64,000 bases of DNA from NCBI GenBank assembly GCA_013336275.1, contig JAAXUA010000001.1, forward strand, positions 270,167 through 334,166, given 5' to 3'. The DNA comes from Candidatus Falkowbacteria bacterium (GTDB taxonomy: Bacteria; Patescibacteriota; Patescibacteriia; Patescibacteriales; GWE2-39-37). Of the stretch, positions 27,628-36,276 are shown piece after piece. Each line of letters starts with the position of its first letter. The first letter of the stretch is position 1. The position numbers and the translations under genes were made by a program. Under the pieces are notes generated by a model. The model had not been told where the DNA came from. It searched no databases and saw only the letters and a program-made list of their open reading frames with translations.

Positions 27628-28209
27628 TCAGAATTTGACCTTGGGGGCGTCCTTGACTTTTTCGTCAGCTTTGAACGGCTCCTTACGTGCTAAGTGGAGC
27701 AGTATGCTGTTGGTCATACTGTTGGGAAAAGTCCGGATGCTGACATTGAATGTCTCGACAGCTTTGTTGTAGCGGCTTCTGGCGACGTTAATCCGGTTCT
27801 CCGTTCCCTCCATCTGGTTCTGCAGGTCCGAAAACTGCTGGTTAGCCTTGAGGTCGGGATATCTCTCGACCACCACCATCAAGCGCGACAGGGCGCTTGA
27901 AAGTTCGCCTTGAGCGGACTGAAACTTGTTCAGCATGGCCGGGTCGTTGATCATGGCCTGATTCAGCTGGATCGATCCGACTTTGGCACGAGCCTCGGTT
28001 ACCGCTTTGAGCGTTTCACTCTCATGCTTGGCGTAGCCTTTGACCACCTCGACCAGATTCGGTATCAGGTCAGCTCGGCGCTGGTACGAAGCCTCGACAT
28101 CACCCCAGGCAGCTATGACCGCCTCTTCTTTGGCCTGCATTTCGTTGTAGCCGCAGCCGGAAAGTCCCATTATGGCCACAAGCAGCATCAGTAAACAGAT
28201 TCTTTTCAT
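27628..28209 (-). CDS. lemA: LemA family lipoprotein
   Basis: Lipobox LSGC; YNEMQAKEEAVIAAWGDVEASYQRRADLIPNLVEVVKGYAKHE...RYPDLKANQQF..LQ..LEGTENRI. GAGGAGG SD at 28219..28225. Confidence 0.85.
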   Translation of the reverse strand: MKRICLLMLLVAIMGLSGCGYNEMQAKEEAVIAAWGDVEASYQRRADLIPNLVEVVKGYAKHESETLKAVTEARAKVGSIQLNQAMINDPAMLNKFQSAQGELSSALSRLMVVVERYPDLKANQQFSDLQNQMEGTENRINVARSRYNKAVETFNVSIRTFPNSMTNSILLHLARKEPFKADEKVKDAPKVKF

Positions 28210-28250
28210 CGGTAATCTCCTCCTCGGATATTCCCTTACGGGGTTAGTTG

Positions 28251-30314
28251 CTAATCATCAGCACCGCTTCCATCGCAGTCGCCACCAGAGTCTGGCTCAG
28301 GCGTCGAATCGAATGATATCCCTTCGCCGCCGCCTCCTCGGCTGCGGCTAAAAGTGTCGTCATCATCGACGGCGATAACGCTACGCCTCTCTTCTCTGCG
28401 CTCAGCTTCTCTGCGTTCTTCAAGCAAACGCGCCTGCCTCCTCAACTCGGATTGGTGCGTGTTCGCCTCCTCTTCTGCTTCCCTGGCAATGCGTCTGGCG
28501 TCGCTAGCGACCTCAGCAATCAGGGCCATGAGGACGATCATGTTGACCATCCCGCCTTGACCCGCCTGGGAGGAAAGCTTCTTGGCAGAAGCCAGCTTTT
28601 CTTCGAGGCGTTTGACTTTGCCGGCAGTCGCGTCCTTGACGCCATCTGCCTTAACGGCTGACAACGCTTTGTGATACGACCTTTCGGCTTCGGTGCAGGA
28701 TTGGGCATGTTCGTTCCGCGCTTTCTCGAGACTTACCTCAAGCTCGTCCAATTCCTCGTAGAAAGACTTTACCTTTTCGAGCTCTTTTTTAGCCTCCTCC
28801 GCCATGCCGTAGCCGAAATCGGCTACACCGGATGAGATTACGCTTTCTTTTAAAGCGGAGGAATTCAGGGCGATATAGATTGAAAAATTGCCACTGAGTC
28901 CATGAAGCTTTTGCGGCAGTTCACGCCAGACATCGGCCGGATTTTCCGACTGCAGCTTTGATAGCTTGGCTGCCGCAGATTCCACCATGCGGGAAAGTTC
29001 GGTAAATAGGACACCGTTTTGAGCGATCAGCTTGGCGGCCTGTTCGAGATTTTTCTTCGGCTCTTCGATCGTCCTCTTGGCTACGCCGAGATGATCATCG
29101 AAATACTTCCAGTTAATGTCATCCGGGTGCTGTTTCTTCTTCTCCATGACCGCCTTGAGTTCTGCGACTTCGCTTTCAAACCTCTTCAGCGGCTTGGTAT
29201 CGATCACGAAGCCTTCGGCCCGATACTGCAGCGCCGCCTTGTCGGCCTTTTCGATTTCACGATCAAAACCGGCAATCCTGGCCCCTGCTTCGGTAAACGA
29301 CTGCTCAAGCATGAAGGGCAGTTTCTCGATCTTGTCGAGTTGCAGCTTGCTGGCCGCGATCAGCTTCTTGAGCTGGCGACCGAGATCAGCCGGGTTGCGC
29401 GATGCGGAAAATATCGGATCTTTTGCCGTTAGATCCCGCTTGGCATTATTGACCTCGTCCATCGTCCGACGGATCTGGGTCAGGCATTGCTCACCCTGGG
29501 ACTTGGCCAATTGCGGCAGCCCTTCCGATACCTTGACGGCATTGCAGCAAAGCTTGCCGATTTCCTCAGCCGCTTCGCCATAGACTTTGAGCAGTTCCTG
29601 CTGGTTCTGCTCGGCCTGCTTCTTTTCACGGTTCCGATTGATCTGCTTGATCACCCAATTGCCGCCGAGCGCCAAAACGATAATACCCATCAAGGCGATG
29701 AGGCCGTAGATGAATATCCCGGACAGATCGCTCTTGGGGGAGCTTTTGGACGCTTCTCCGGTGGATTGGCTCGGAACAACCGGCGGTTGTGACGCCTTTT
29801 CCTTGGCCAGCAAGCCTTCGATACTGTCGGTTATCTGGTTCAGGCTGCCGACCACGTCGCCTTTGTCGAATGACTCGCGCGACGCCTTGAGAATTCTTCC
29901 CGTGGCCATATCGGTCAGGACGCCATTCAAACCGCGTCCGACCTCGATCCTTCTTCTTCCAGGTTTGCCGTTCTTGCCGCGCTCCTCCGTCGCGATGGTT
30001 ATCAGCACTCCGTTGTCGACTCCCTTCTTGCCTACCTTCCAGACATCTGCGACGTTGATAGAATACTCAGCAATCTCGTTGCCATTGAGGTTCTTGACCA
30101 CCAAGACGGTGATCGTTGCCAGGCCTTTCTTCTGGATTCCGGCCAGGCGCATTTCCAGCTGTTGTTTTCTTTCAGCGGGGATGGCGCTAGCGAAATCGTT
30201 GATGAATCCCTGGGGCTTCGGCGGCAGGGCTATGCCGAAATCAAAGGCATGAACCATTGTTGCCGCGAGTACGAAGGCGGCCATCAAAAACCATACTGCT
30301 TTCCATTGCTTCAT
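28251..30314 (-). CDS. TPM-domain protein with TM span and ~470-aa coiled-coil cytoplasmic extension
   Basis: Signal peptide, TPM core (GFINDFASAIPAERKQQLE...ITVLVVKNLNGNEIAEYSINVADVWKVGKKGVDNGVLITIA), TM span IFIYGLIALMGIIVLALGG, long helical region, acidic/Gly tail. GAGGAGG SD at 30322..30328. Confidence 0.75.
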   Translation of the reverse strand: MKQWKAVWFLMAAFVLAATMVHAFDFGIALPPKPQGFINDFASAIPAERKQQLEMRLAGIQKKGLATITVLVVKNLNGNEIAEYSINVADVWKVGKKGVDNGVLITIATEERGKNGKPGRRRIEVGRGLNGVLTDMATGRILKASRESFDKGDVVGSLNQITDSIEGLLAKEKASQPPVVPSQSTGEASKSSPKSDLSGIFIYGLIALMGIIVLALGGNWVIKQINRNREKKQAEQNQQELLKVYGEAAEEIGKLCCNAVKVSEGLPQLAKSQGEQCLTQIRRTMDEVNNAKRDLTAKDPIFSASRNPADLGRQLKKLIAASKLQLDKIEKLPFMLEQSFTEAGARIAGFDREIEKADKAALQYRAEGFVIDTKPLKRFESEVAELKAVMEKKKQHPDDINWKYFDDHLGVAKRTIEEPKKNLEQAAKLIAQNGVLFTELSRMVESAAAKLSKLQSENPADVWRELPQKLHGLSGNFSIYIALNSSALKESVISSGVADFGYGMAEEAKKELEKVKSFYEELDELEVSLEKARNEHAQSCTEAERSYHKALSAVKADGVKDATAGKVKRLEEKLASAKKLSSQAGQGGMVNMIVLMALIAEVASDARRIAREAEEEANTHQSELRRQARLLEERREAERREERRSVIAVDDDDTFSRSRGGGGEGISFDSTPEPDSGGDCDGSGADD

Positions 30315-30473
30315 TGTCTTACCTCCTCGTGGGGTGATTTTGACTACGTTGGTATTTTGCAGCTAACTTAAGCGCTAAATTCTGAAAAATTATCAAGGTG
30401 CGAATCGTAAACAATAACATAATATCGCAGCAATGTCAATACATAATCTTGCCTAAAATAAGCCAAAAAACAT

Positions 30474-30503
30474 AAAAAAACAGGCCGGCAAATTGCCGGC
30501 CTG
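30474..30503 (-). terminator. Terminator after murF
   Basis: Perfect palindrome CAGGCCGGCAA/TTGCCGGCCTG, with a U-run on the minus strand (A-run 30474..30480). Confidence 0.75.
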
Positions 30504-30517
30504 TCTGAATTTTTGGT

Positions 30518-31810
30518 TTACGCGTCCGACCAGTCTTGTCTAACCAAGAGCTCTTTGGCCTTGAGCGGCTCAGCCATTACTTCCTTAACTGCCTTTTCCA
30601 TGCGCATGGACTGTGAGCCTTTGACTAATACCAGGTCGCCCGCAAGCAAAAGGTCCTTCAGAAATACCTTCGCCTCTTCAGATGAGTCGAATTTGAAAAT
30701 ATTATCCTTGGTTATGCCGGCCTGCTCAGCCGCCTTGGCCGTCTCTTTAGAGCGCTCGCCTACCGCGATCAGGATGTCGATCTTATTCTCAGCAGCAGTG
30801 CGGCCGACACTACGATGCCCTTCTTGGGTAAAATGCCCCAGCTCCATCATGTCCCCCAGAACCGCGATTCTTCTCGCACCTTTAGCCAAGGGGATCTTGC
30901 CCACCACCTGCAAGGCAGCGATAGTGGGCTGCGGTGAGCCGTTATACGTATCATCGATAATCAATGTCTGCTTGATTCCGGGAATGATATTCATCCGCCC
31001 CTTAGGAGACCGCAAATTGCGGAGAGCCTGGGCGATTTCGACCAGGTTCATGCCATAAGTTACGCCAACGGCAGCGCCAGCCAAAGCGGCGTAAATCGCG
31101 CCATACCCCAACACTTTAGGCAGAAGCACGGGCACGATCGAGCCGTCGTAGCTCAGCTTGAAACTGACGCCAGCCAAGCCTTCATGGTCATCCTGATGTT
31201 CGAAACTGAAGAATATCTCGACGGCGCGGACCGAAGCCTTCTGATCGAAACCGTAGGTCAGCGTCTTGGCTTTGCTTGCTTTGCCGATAGCCCGGCAACG
31301 CTCGTCGTCATAATTGACTATCGCCCAGCCGTCGTTGGGCAGGGCCGAGACCAAACCGCCTTTCTCTTTCTCTATTTTCTCGATAGTTCCGAAATGCTCC
31401 AGGTGCATCGGTCCGATCAGGGTGACCACGCCAAGCTTGGGTCTGACGAAGTCCGTCAGATACGCCATGTCGCCAGGCTGATCGACACCCATCTCCAAGA
31501 CCAGGATATCCGGGTAGGTCTTGTCCTTTTTGATGATCAGGCTGGTCGCTTTCAAAAAAACCTTGATCCAGCCCAAAAGCGAGCGGCCGGGCGACTCGAT
31601 GCCGATGATGGTCAAAGGCAAACCGATTTCGTTATTGTAATTCTTGATATTCTGCCGGACTTGGAATTTGCTCGATAGAACCGTATAGATCGCCTCGCGC
31701 GAGCTGGTCTTGCCAGCGCTGCCAGTGACACCGATAACCTCAGGCTGATACTTGCGCAGAATCATCCTTGACCAGAATCTCAATTTCCATTGTAATATTT
31801 TTTTGAACAT
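30518..31810 (-). CDS. murF: UDP-N-acetylmuramoyl-tripeptide--D-alanyl-D-alanine ligase
   Basis: GVTGSAGKTSSRE P-loop, NYNNEIGLPLTIIG (MurF hallmark), position in the dcw block. Confidence 0.85.
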   Translation of the reverse strand: MFKKILQWKLRFWSRMILRKYQPEVIGVTGSAGKTSSREAIYTVLSSKFQVRQNIKNYNNEIGLPLTIIGIESPGRSLLGWIKVFLKATSLIIKKDKTYPDILVLEMGVDQPGDMAYLTDFVRPKLGVVTLIGPMHLEHFGTIEKIEKEKGGLVSALPNDGWAIVNYDDERCRAIGKASKAKTLTYGFDQKASVRAVEIFFSFEHQDDHEGLAGVSFKLSYDGSIVPVLLPKVLGYGAIYAALAGAAVGVTYGMNLVEIAQALRNLRSPKGRMNIIPGIKQTLIIDDTYNGSPQPTIAALQVVGKIPLAKGARRIAVLGDMMELGHFTQEGHRSVGRTAAENKIDILIAVGERSKETAKAAEQAGITKDNIFKFDSSEEAKVFLKDLLLAGDLVLVKGSQSMRMEKAVKEVMAEPLKAKELLVRQDWSDA

Positions 31811-31814
31811 ATGC

Positions 31815-33716
31815 TTATTTTTTGCTTTCGATCTTGCGTTCTTGCGGTACCTGATAGTAGTTTAATACAAAAGTGGCGATTTCGCCAAATAGCGGCACGG
31901 CTGAACTTTCGGCGAATTTAGAATCTTTCGGGTCGTCCAAACGGGTGAGCATCACGAATTTCGGGCTGTTGGCTGGCGCATAACCGATGAAAGTCTGGAT
32001 CGTCTGATCGCCATAACCCTTCTTGTCCTTAGAGGCAACTTGGGCGGTGCCGGTCTTGCCGGCCACGTAGTAGCCGGGGACCTTGGCACGCTTGGCATGG
32101 CCGTTCTCAACGGCATTGACCAGCATTCCAGTCATCAGGGTTGCCGTACGGTTGGAAATCACACGCCTGACCTGGGTCGACTGGGTAACTATCTGTCCGC
32201 CATCAGGAGAGATGATGGCCTTGACCAAGAACGGCTTCATCAGCATTCCCCCGTTGGCGATGACGGCGTACGAATTTATCATCTGGATCGGGGTGGCTGT
32301 TATGCCCTGGCCGAAAGATGCCGTAGCGGCCGCGACCGGTTTGATTTTTTTTCCTGTCATGCTGATGATATTGCCCGCCGTCTCGGTTTCAAGTTCGATG
32401 CCGGTCTTTTCGCCGAAGCCGAACCGTTTGAGATACTCGGCGAACATTGGCGCGCCGATCGATTGCATGGCGAAATATGAACCGGTATTCAATGAATCTT
32501 GCAGGACGATATTCATGCTGGTAACGCCGTGGCCGCCCTTACTTTCATAATCAGAATTCTTGATCGGCTTAGGCCAGCCGTCGACCATGATATAGCCTTT
32601 GTCGGTGTAAGTAGTGTTGGGGCCAACCTTGACCTGATCGACAGCCGCTGCCATCGTGATAGCCTTGAAGGTTGAGCCTGGCTCGTAGCTGTCGAAGATG
32701 ACCGGATTGTTGAACACCTCGATCTTTTCCACTTCACGGTAATTATTGGGGTCGAAGTCAGGCACGGCACACATCGCGATGATGGCGCCGGTTTTCGGCT
32801 CCATGATCACCACGCTGCCGCCATTGGCGCCATGGCGATCGACGGCGGCCTTGAGCAGGCGGCAGGTCTCGAACTGGACCGATCGATTGATAGTCAAAAT
32901 CAAGTCGCTGCCGTCGGTAACCTTGTCGAGCTGATCCGTCTTGAGCATGGCGTCGCCCGAGGCGCTTTTATCGACATTCATGGTAGCACTGCTCCCAGAT
33001 AATTCTCTTTCAAAAAACCCTTCGAGGCCGTAGCGGCCGCGCCTAGTATCATCCATATATCCTAAAAAGCCCAAGACGTGCGATCCGACATTCCTCTCGG
33101 GGTAGTAGCGGTCTTGGAACATGTCATAATTCAAGCCTTCGATCTTGAGAGCCTTGATCGCCAAAGCCTCTTCTTCCTCGACTTTTTTCGATATCGGGAC
33201 ATAAGGGTCGTCTTTTTTGCCCAGAACAGCCAGATATTCATTTATGATTTTTTCTTTGCGCTGGCGCAGTTCCAGCTCTTTCTTGACCTGCCTGAATTCG
33301 GCGGTGGATGAAGCCATGGTCGGGTCGTTGGCAATCAAATCATCGATTTCGCGTTCGACACGCTTCTGATTATAGGTCGAGTAAAGCGCTTCAGCGGCGG
33401 CAGGGACATCTTTGATCAGGGACGGTTTGGCATAGATGGTGGCGAACTGCTTGTTCGTCGCCAAGGGGAAAAGTTCGCCGTTGGCCTTGAATTCCTGACT
33501 GTCCTGGATGAAGACGCGGCCGCGCTTCGGCAGCAGCGTGCTGACTCCCTGCTGTTGCCTTTGAGCCAACGCCACATAGCGGCCGTGCTGACGGATTTGC
33601 AAGTCGTATAATTTATAGATAGCCGTTGCGCCCAACAAAAAAACAACCGCCATTATGAACCTAATGCGATTATCTTGCGTTGCGTTCTTCTTGTTGTTAC
33701 GTTGCCGGAATGACAT
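31815..33716 (-). CDS. ftsI: Class B penicillin-binding protein (transpeptidase), FtsI/PBP2-type
   Basis: N-terminal TM span; SxxK = GSTFK, SxN = DSLN, KTG = GKTGTAQ; follows ftsL. Confidence 0.85.
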   Translation of the reverse strand: MSFRQRNNKKNATQDNRIRFIMAVVFLLGATAIYKLYDLQIRQHGRYVALAQRQQQGVSTLLPKRGRVFIQDSQEFKANGELFPLATNKQFATIYAKPSLIKDVPAAAEALYSTYNQKRVEREIDDLIANDPTMASSTAEFRQVKKELELRQRKEKIINEYLAVLGKKDDPYVPISKKVEEEEALAIKALKIEGLNYDMFQDRYYPERNVGSHVLGFLGYMDDTRRGRYGLEGFFERELSGSSATMNVDKSASGDAMLKTDQLDKVTDGSDLILTINRSVQFETCRLLKAAVDRHGANGGSVVIMEPKTGAIIAMCAVPDFDPNNYREVEKIEVFNNPVIFDSYEPGSTFKAITMAAAVDQVKVGPNTTYTDKGYIMVDGWPKPIKNSDYESKGGHGVTSMNIVLQDSLNTGSYFAMQSIGAPMFAEYLKRFGFGEKTGIELETETAGNIISMTGKKIKPVAAATASFGQGITATPIQMINSYAVIANGGMLMKPFLVKAIISPDGGQIVTQSTQVRRVISNRTATLMTGMLVNAVENGHAKRAKVPGYYVAGKTGTAQVASKDKKGYGDQTIQTFIGYAPANSPKFVMLTRLDDPKDSKFAESSAVPLFGEIATFVLNYYQVPQERKIESKK

Positions 33717-33732
33717 TGTAATGGCTAATGGC

Positions 33733-34050
33733 TCATTTCAATGCCACCGCCGGATTGGCATTGAGATATTTGACCTGGTCGACTTTGACCATTGCCAAGT
33801 CGGCGATCCGCTGAGCCAGATTATTATATGAACTTAGGGACATGGCCTTGACCTCGAGCTGATTAATCTCGTTCCTGACGGCATTAGCTTTCCGCCTCTC
33901 TTCTAATAGCATGTAGTTCTTGATCGACAAGTCGTTGATGCCGACCAGATAAGCGATGCCGCAGACTACCATAGCCAATAATAGTACCCGATTATAAACG
34001 TGCAGATTTTTCAAATTTTTGGTTTTTGAGATTTTTTTGGAGCGTGACAT
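33733..34050 (-). CDS. ftsL: Cell division protein FtsL-like
   Basis: 105 aa, single TM span plus coiled coil, located between rsmH and ftsI. Confidence 0.6.
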   Translation of the reverse strand: MSRSKKISKTKNLKNLHVYNRVLLLAMVVCGIAYLVGINDLSIKNYMLLEERRKANAVRNEINQLEVKAMSLSSYNNLAQRIADLAMVKVDQVKYLNANPAVALK

Positions 34051-34059
34051 TATTTTATT

Positions 34060-35022
34060 TTATATCCTGGCCGCAGCTCTTAGCTTGGCGCTGCGGGCGC
34101 GAGGGTTATTATTGACTTCTTCTTCAGTCGGCAGGACCGGTTTCTTGGTCAGGCTTTTCATGGTGGCCCGATGATCGCAGCTGCAGACCGGCAAGGTGGG
34201 CGGGCAGACGCAATCAATTGTCTGCTCGCGGATGAACTGCTTGACGATGCGATCTTCGAGACTGTGATAACTGACCACCACTAGTCTTCCGCCAGGCTTC
34301 AAGAGTTCCAGCGATTGCGCCAACACCAGCTCCAGGCTTTCGAGTTCCCGGTTAGTGGCGATACGCAAGGCCTGGAAGGTCTTGGTAGCGAAATGCTTCT
34401 GTCCGTGCCTAGCCTTGGGCGGTAAGGAATACTCGATGGCGGAAATCAGCTGCCCGGTCGTGGTTATCGGTGACTTGTCCCGAGCCCGGACTATTGCCCT
34501 GGCAATGGCTCGCGAATGGGACTCCTCGCCGTATTGGCGCAAGATGCGCTCAAGCTCCTTTTCCGTCCAGCCGTTCACTATCGCCTCGGTCGTTTCGACG
34601 CTCCTCTTTGCGCCGCCGAAACTCATATCGAGCGGGGTGTCCGCCTGGAAAGAAAAGCCACGTTCACGGTCGGCTAGCTGGGCTGATGACAGCCCCAAGT
34701 CCAGCACTAGTCCATCGAAGCCGCCGATCTTTTCCAACCAACCTTCGGCTTCTAGGTTCTCTTTCATCCGACTGAAATTGTCAGGGATCACATGTATGTT
34801 ATCAATTCCTGATGCCTTGATGATTTCGGCCTGATCGTGGGCCAAGGGGTCCAAGTCGAATCCGATGACTTGTCCGGGCTGACATTCGCCCGCAATGCGC
34901 TTGCTATAGCCGCCGCCGCCGAAAGTCCCGTCCAGATAGTTGCCGCCTTTGACCGGCTCCAGATATTCCATGACTTCGTCGAGCATTGCCGGCGTATGAT
35001 AACTGGACATACTAAACGTCAA
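34060..35022 (-). CDS. rsmH: 16S rRNA (cytosine1402-N4)-methyltransferase
   Basis: HTPAMLDEV, LDGTFGGGGYS, DLGLSSAQL, SYHSLEDRIVK. Confidence 0.95.
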   Translation of the reverse strand: MTFSMSSYHTPAMLDEVMEYLEPVKGGNYLDGTFGGGGYSKRIAGECQPGQVIGFDLDPLAHDQAEIIKASGIDNIHVIPDNFSRMKENLEAEGWLEKIGGFDGLVLDLGLSSAQLADRERGFSFQADTPLDMSFGGAKRSVETTEAIVNGWTEKELERILRQYGEESHSRAIARAIVRARDKSPITTTGQLISAIEYSLPPKARHGQKHFATKTFQALRIATNRELESLELVLAQSLELLKPGGRLVVVSYHSLEDRIVKQFIREQTIDCVCPPTLPVCSCDHRATMKSLTKKPVLPTEEEVNNNPRARSAKLRAAARI

Positions 35023-35443
35023 GTTCGCCTAGAGCCTCGGCAATATCGCCGCTCTTGGCCTCGGTGCCTTCTTTGTAAGCCTCCCAGACTGACTCGTCCC
35101 AGATTTCCAAGCGGTCGAACAGGCCGGCTACGACCGTCGTTTTATTCAAGCCAGCGAATTTGCGCAGATGTTCCGGCAGGATGATGCGGCCCTGGCTGTC
35201 GAAATCGACTTCGGCGGCTCCGGCCAGCATCAAACGGGCAAAGGCGCGGGTATTGGCTTTGCCGATCGGCAAAGCGGCTAATTTTCTAGCTAGCTGCTCC
35301 CATTCTTTTTTCGGGTAAAGGAACAAGCAATTGTCCAAACCCTTAGTCACTACGGCTCCACCCTCCAAAAGCACGCGAAATTTAGCTGGTATTGCCAGCC
35401 TCCCTTTTGCGTCTAGGTTGTGCTTGTACTCTCCGATAAACAT
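35012..35443 (-). CDS. mraZ: Transcriptional regulator MraZ
   Basis: MFIGEYKHNLDAKGRLAIPAKFR plus the second DxxGR repeat (DSQGRIILP). Confidence 0.9.
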   Translation of the reverse strand: MFIGEYKHNLDAKGRLAIPAKFRVLLEGGAVVTKGLDNCLFLYPKKEWEQLARKLAALPIGKANTRAFARLMLAGAAEVDFDSQGRIILPEHLRKFAGLNKTTVVAGLFDRLEIWDESVWEAYKEGTEAKSGDIAEALGELDV

Positions 35444-35586
35444 AAGCGGTGTTTTCGCCCTTAGGGCTCAAGAGGAGTGCGGCTAGCCGGGCTAGCCAAA
35501 CCCCTTTTGTGCCTTACATTTCGATAAGGCTGACAAGCATGGGTAAACGGGCTAGGCGAGTGAGCGGGAGGCGATTGGATAATCCT

Positions 35587-35665
35587 CCACTTTTCCCCAC
35601 TTTTCACCTTTCTTATTTCATTCTACCCCACGAACAAACCGAAGTCAACCACTTTCCACCACTTT
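35587..35665 (-). promoter_or_regulatory. Candidate MraZ operator: two pairs of 10-nt-phased AAAGTGG boxes
   Basis: Minus strand reads AAAAGTGGGGAAAAGTGG (35604..35587) and AAAGTGGTGGAAAGTGG (35665..35649), 144-222 nt upstream of the mraZ ATG. Confidence 0.55.
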
Positions 35666-35792
35666 GCCATCATAATCAATTAGCCAACATTAAACAAAAA
35701 AAATAAAAAAATCACCCCCTAGCCAGTGGTGGGGATGATTTTTATAGAGAAAATTAAGCTGTTACCTATTCTTATCCACAGTTGGAGCTGTT

Positions 35793-36164
35793 TTAAAGGC
35801 TTTTTTTCTTAACGACGAAATCCGGAGTATTGTCGTAAATCGGTTCGACATAGGCCTTATCTGGCTGCTTTTCGTTCCTGACCGTACCCTCAACCGGAAC
35901 CTGCAAGGCATAGGCCATGGCGTTGGCCGTGACAATGCCGATACGCAATGAAGTGAAGCTGCCCCCTTGGTTAGCCACGATGATTTTCTCCAGATCGATC
36001 ATGCGAATCCCGGCTTTGGCCAAGGCCCGGTCGATAGCTGGCAACAATTCTTCCGACTGCCGTCTGCGCGCTGGCACTTTCTCCTCGGCGATCAGGTCTG
36101 CATCCCTATATACAGCCGCAGTCAGAGCCTCGGGGTCCGTAGTGTCTATTTTTAAGATATTCAT
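35793..36164 (-). CDS. tsaB: tRNA t6A biosynthesis protein TsaB, short (N-terminal-half) form
   Basis: 123 aa; ILKIDTT..., ELLPAIDRALAKAGI...IVANQGGSFTSLRIGIVTANAMAYAL (GPGSFTGLRIG-type motif). Confidence 0.65.
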   Translation of the reverse strand: MNILKIDTTDPEALTAAVYRDADLIAEEKVPARRRQSEELLPAIDRALAKAGIRMIDLEKIIVANQGGSFTSLRIGIVTANAMAYALQVPVEGTVRNEKQPDKAYVEPIYDNTPDFVVKKKSL

Positions 36165-36221
36165 AATATTGATTTACGCTCTAAAGGATTCTTAACATAT
36201 TAAAAAGAAAAAATAAAGGCT

Positions 36222-36256
36222 TAAAACAAACCGGCCCGCCTGAATGGCGGGCCGGT
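36222..36256 (-). terminator. Terminator after the GT4 gene
   Basis: ACCGGCCCGCC-tgaat-GGCGGGCCGGT with a U-rich tract on the minus strand. Confidence 0.7.
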
Positions 36257-36276
36257 TATCTATATTTTTATTTTCT

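Noticed and set aside
30513-31058. 181-aa plus-strand ORF (and 31184..31678) opposite murF.
   Set aside because: It is antisense to a clearly conserved Mur ligase, with no start context or motifs.
35449-35706. 85-aa plus-strand ORF in the mraZ upstream region.
   Set aside because: It lies in the dcw leader/operator region, has no RBS or promoter logic, and its sequence is better explained by the AAAGTGG repeat boxes.
35700-35750. Possible terminator hairpin after tsaB (ATCACCCCC...GGTGGGGAT).
   Set aside because: I could not draw a clean stem by hand because the arms pair only over CCCC/GGGG with mismatches, so it is not reported as a feature.
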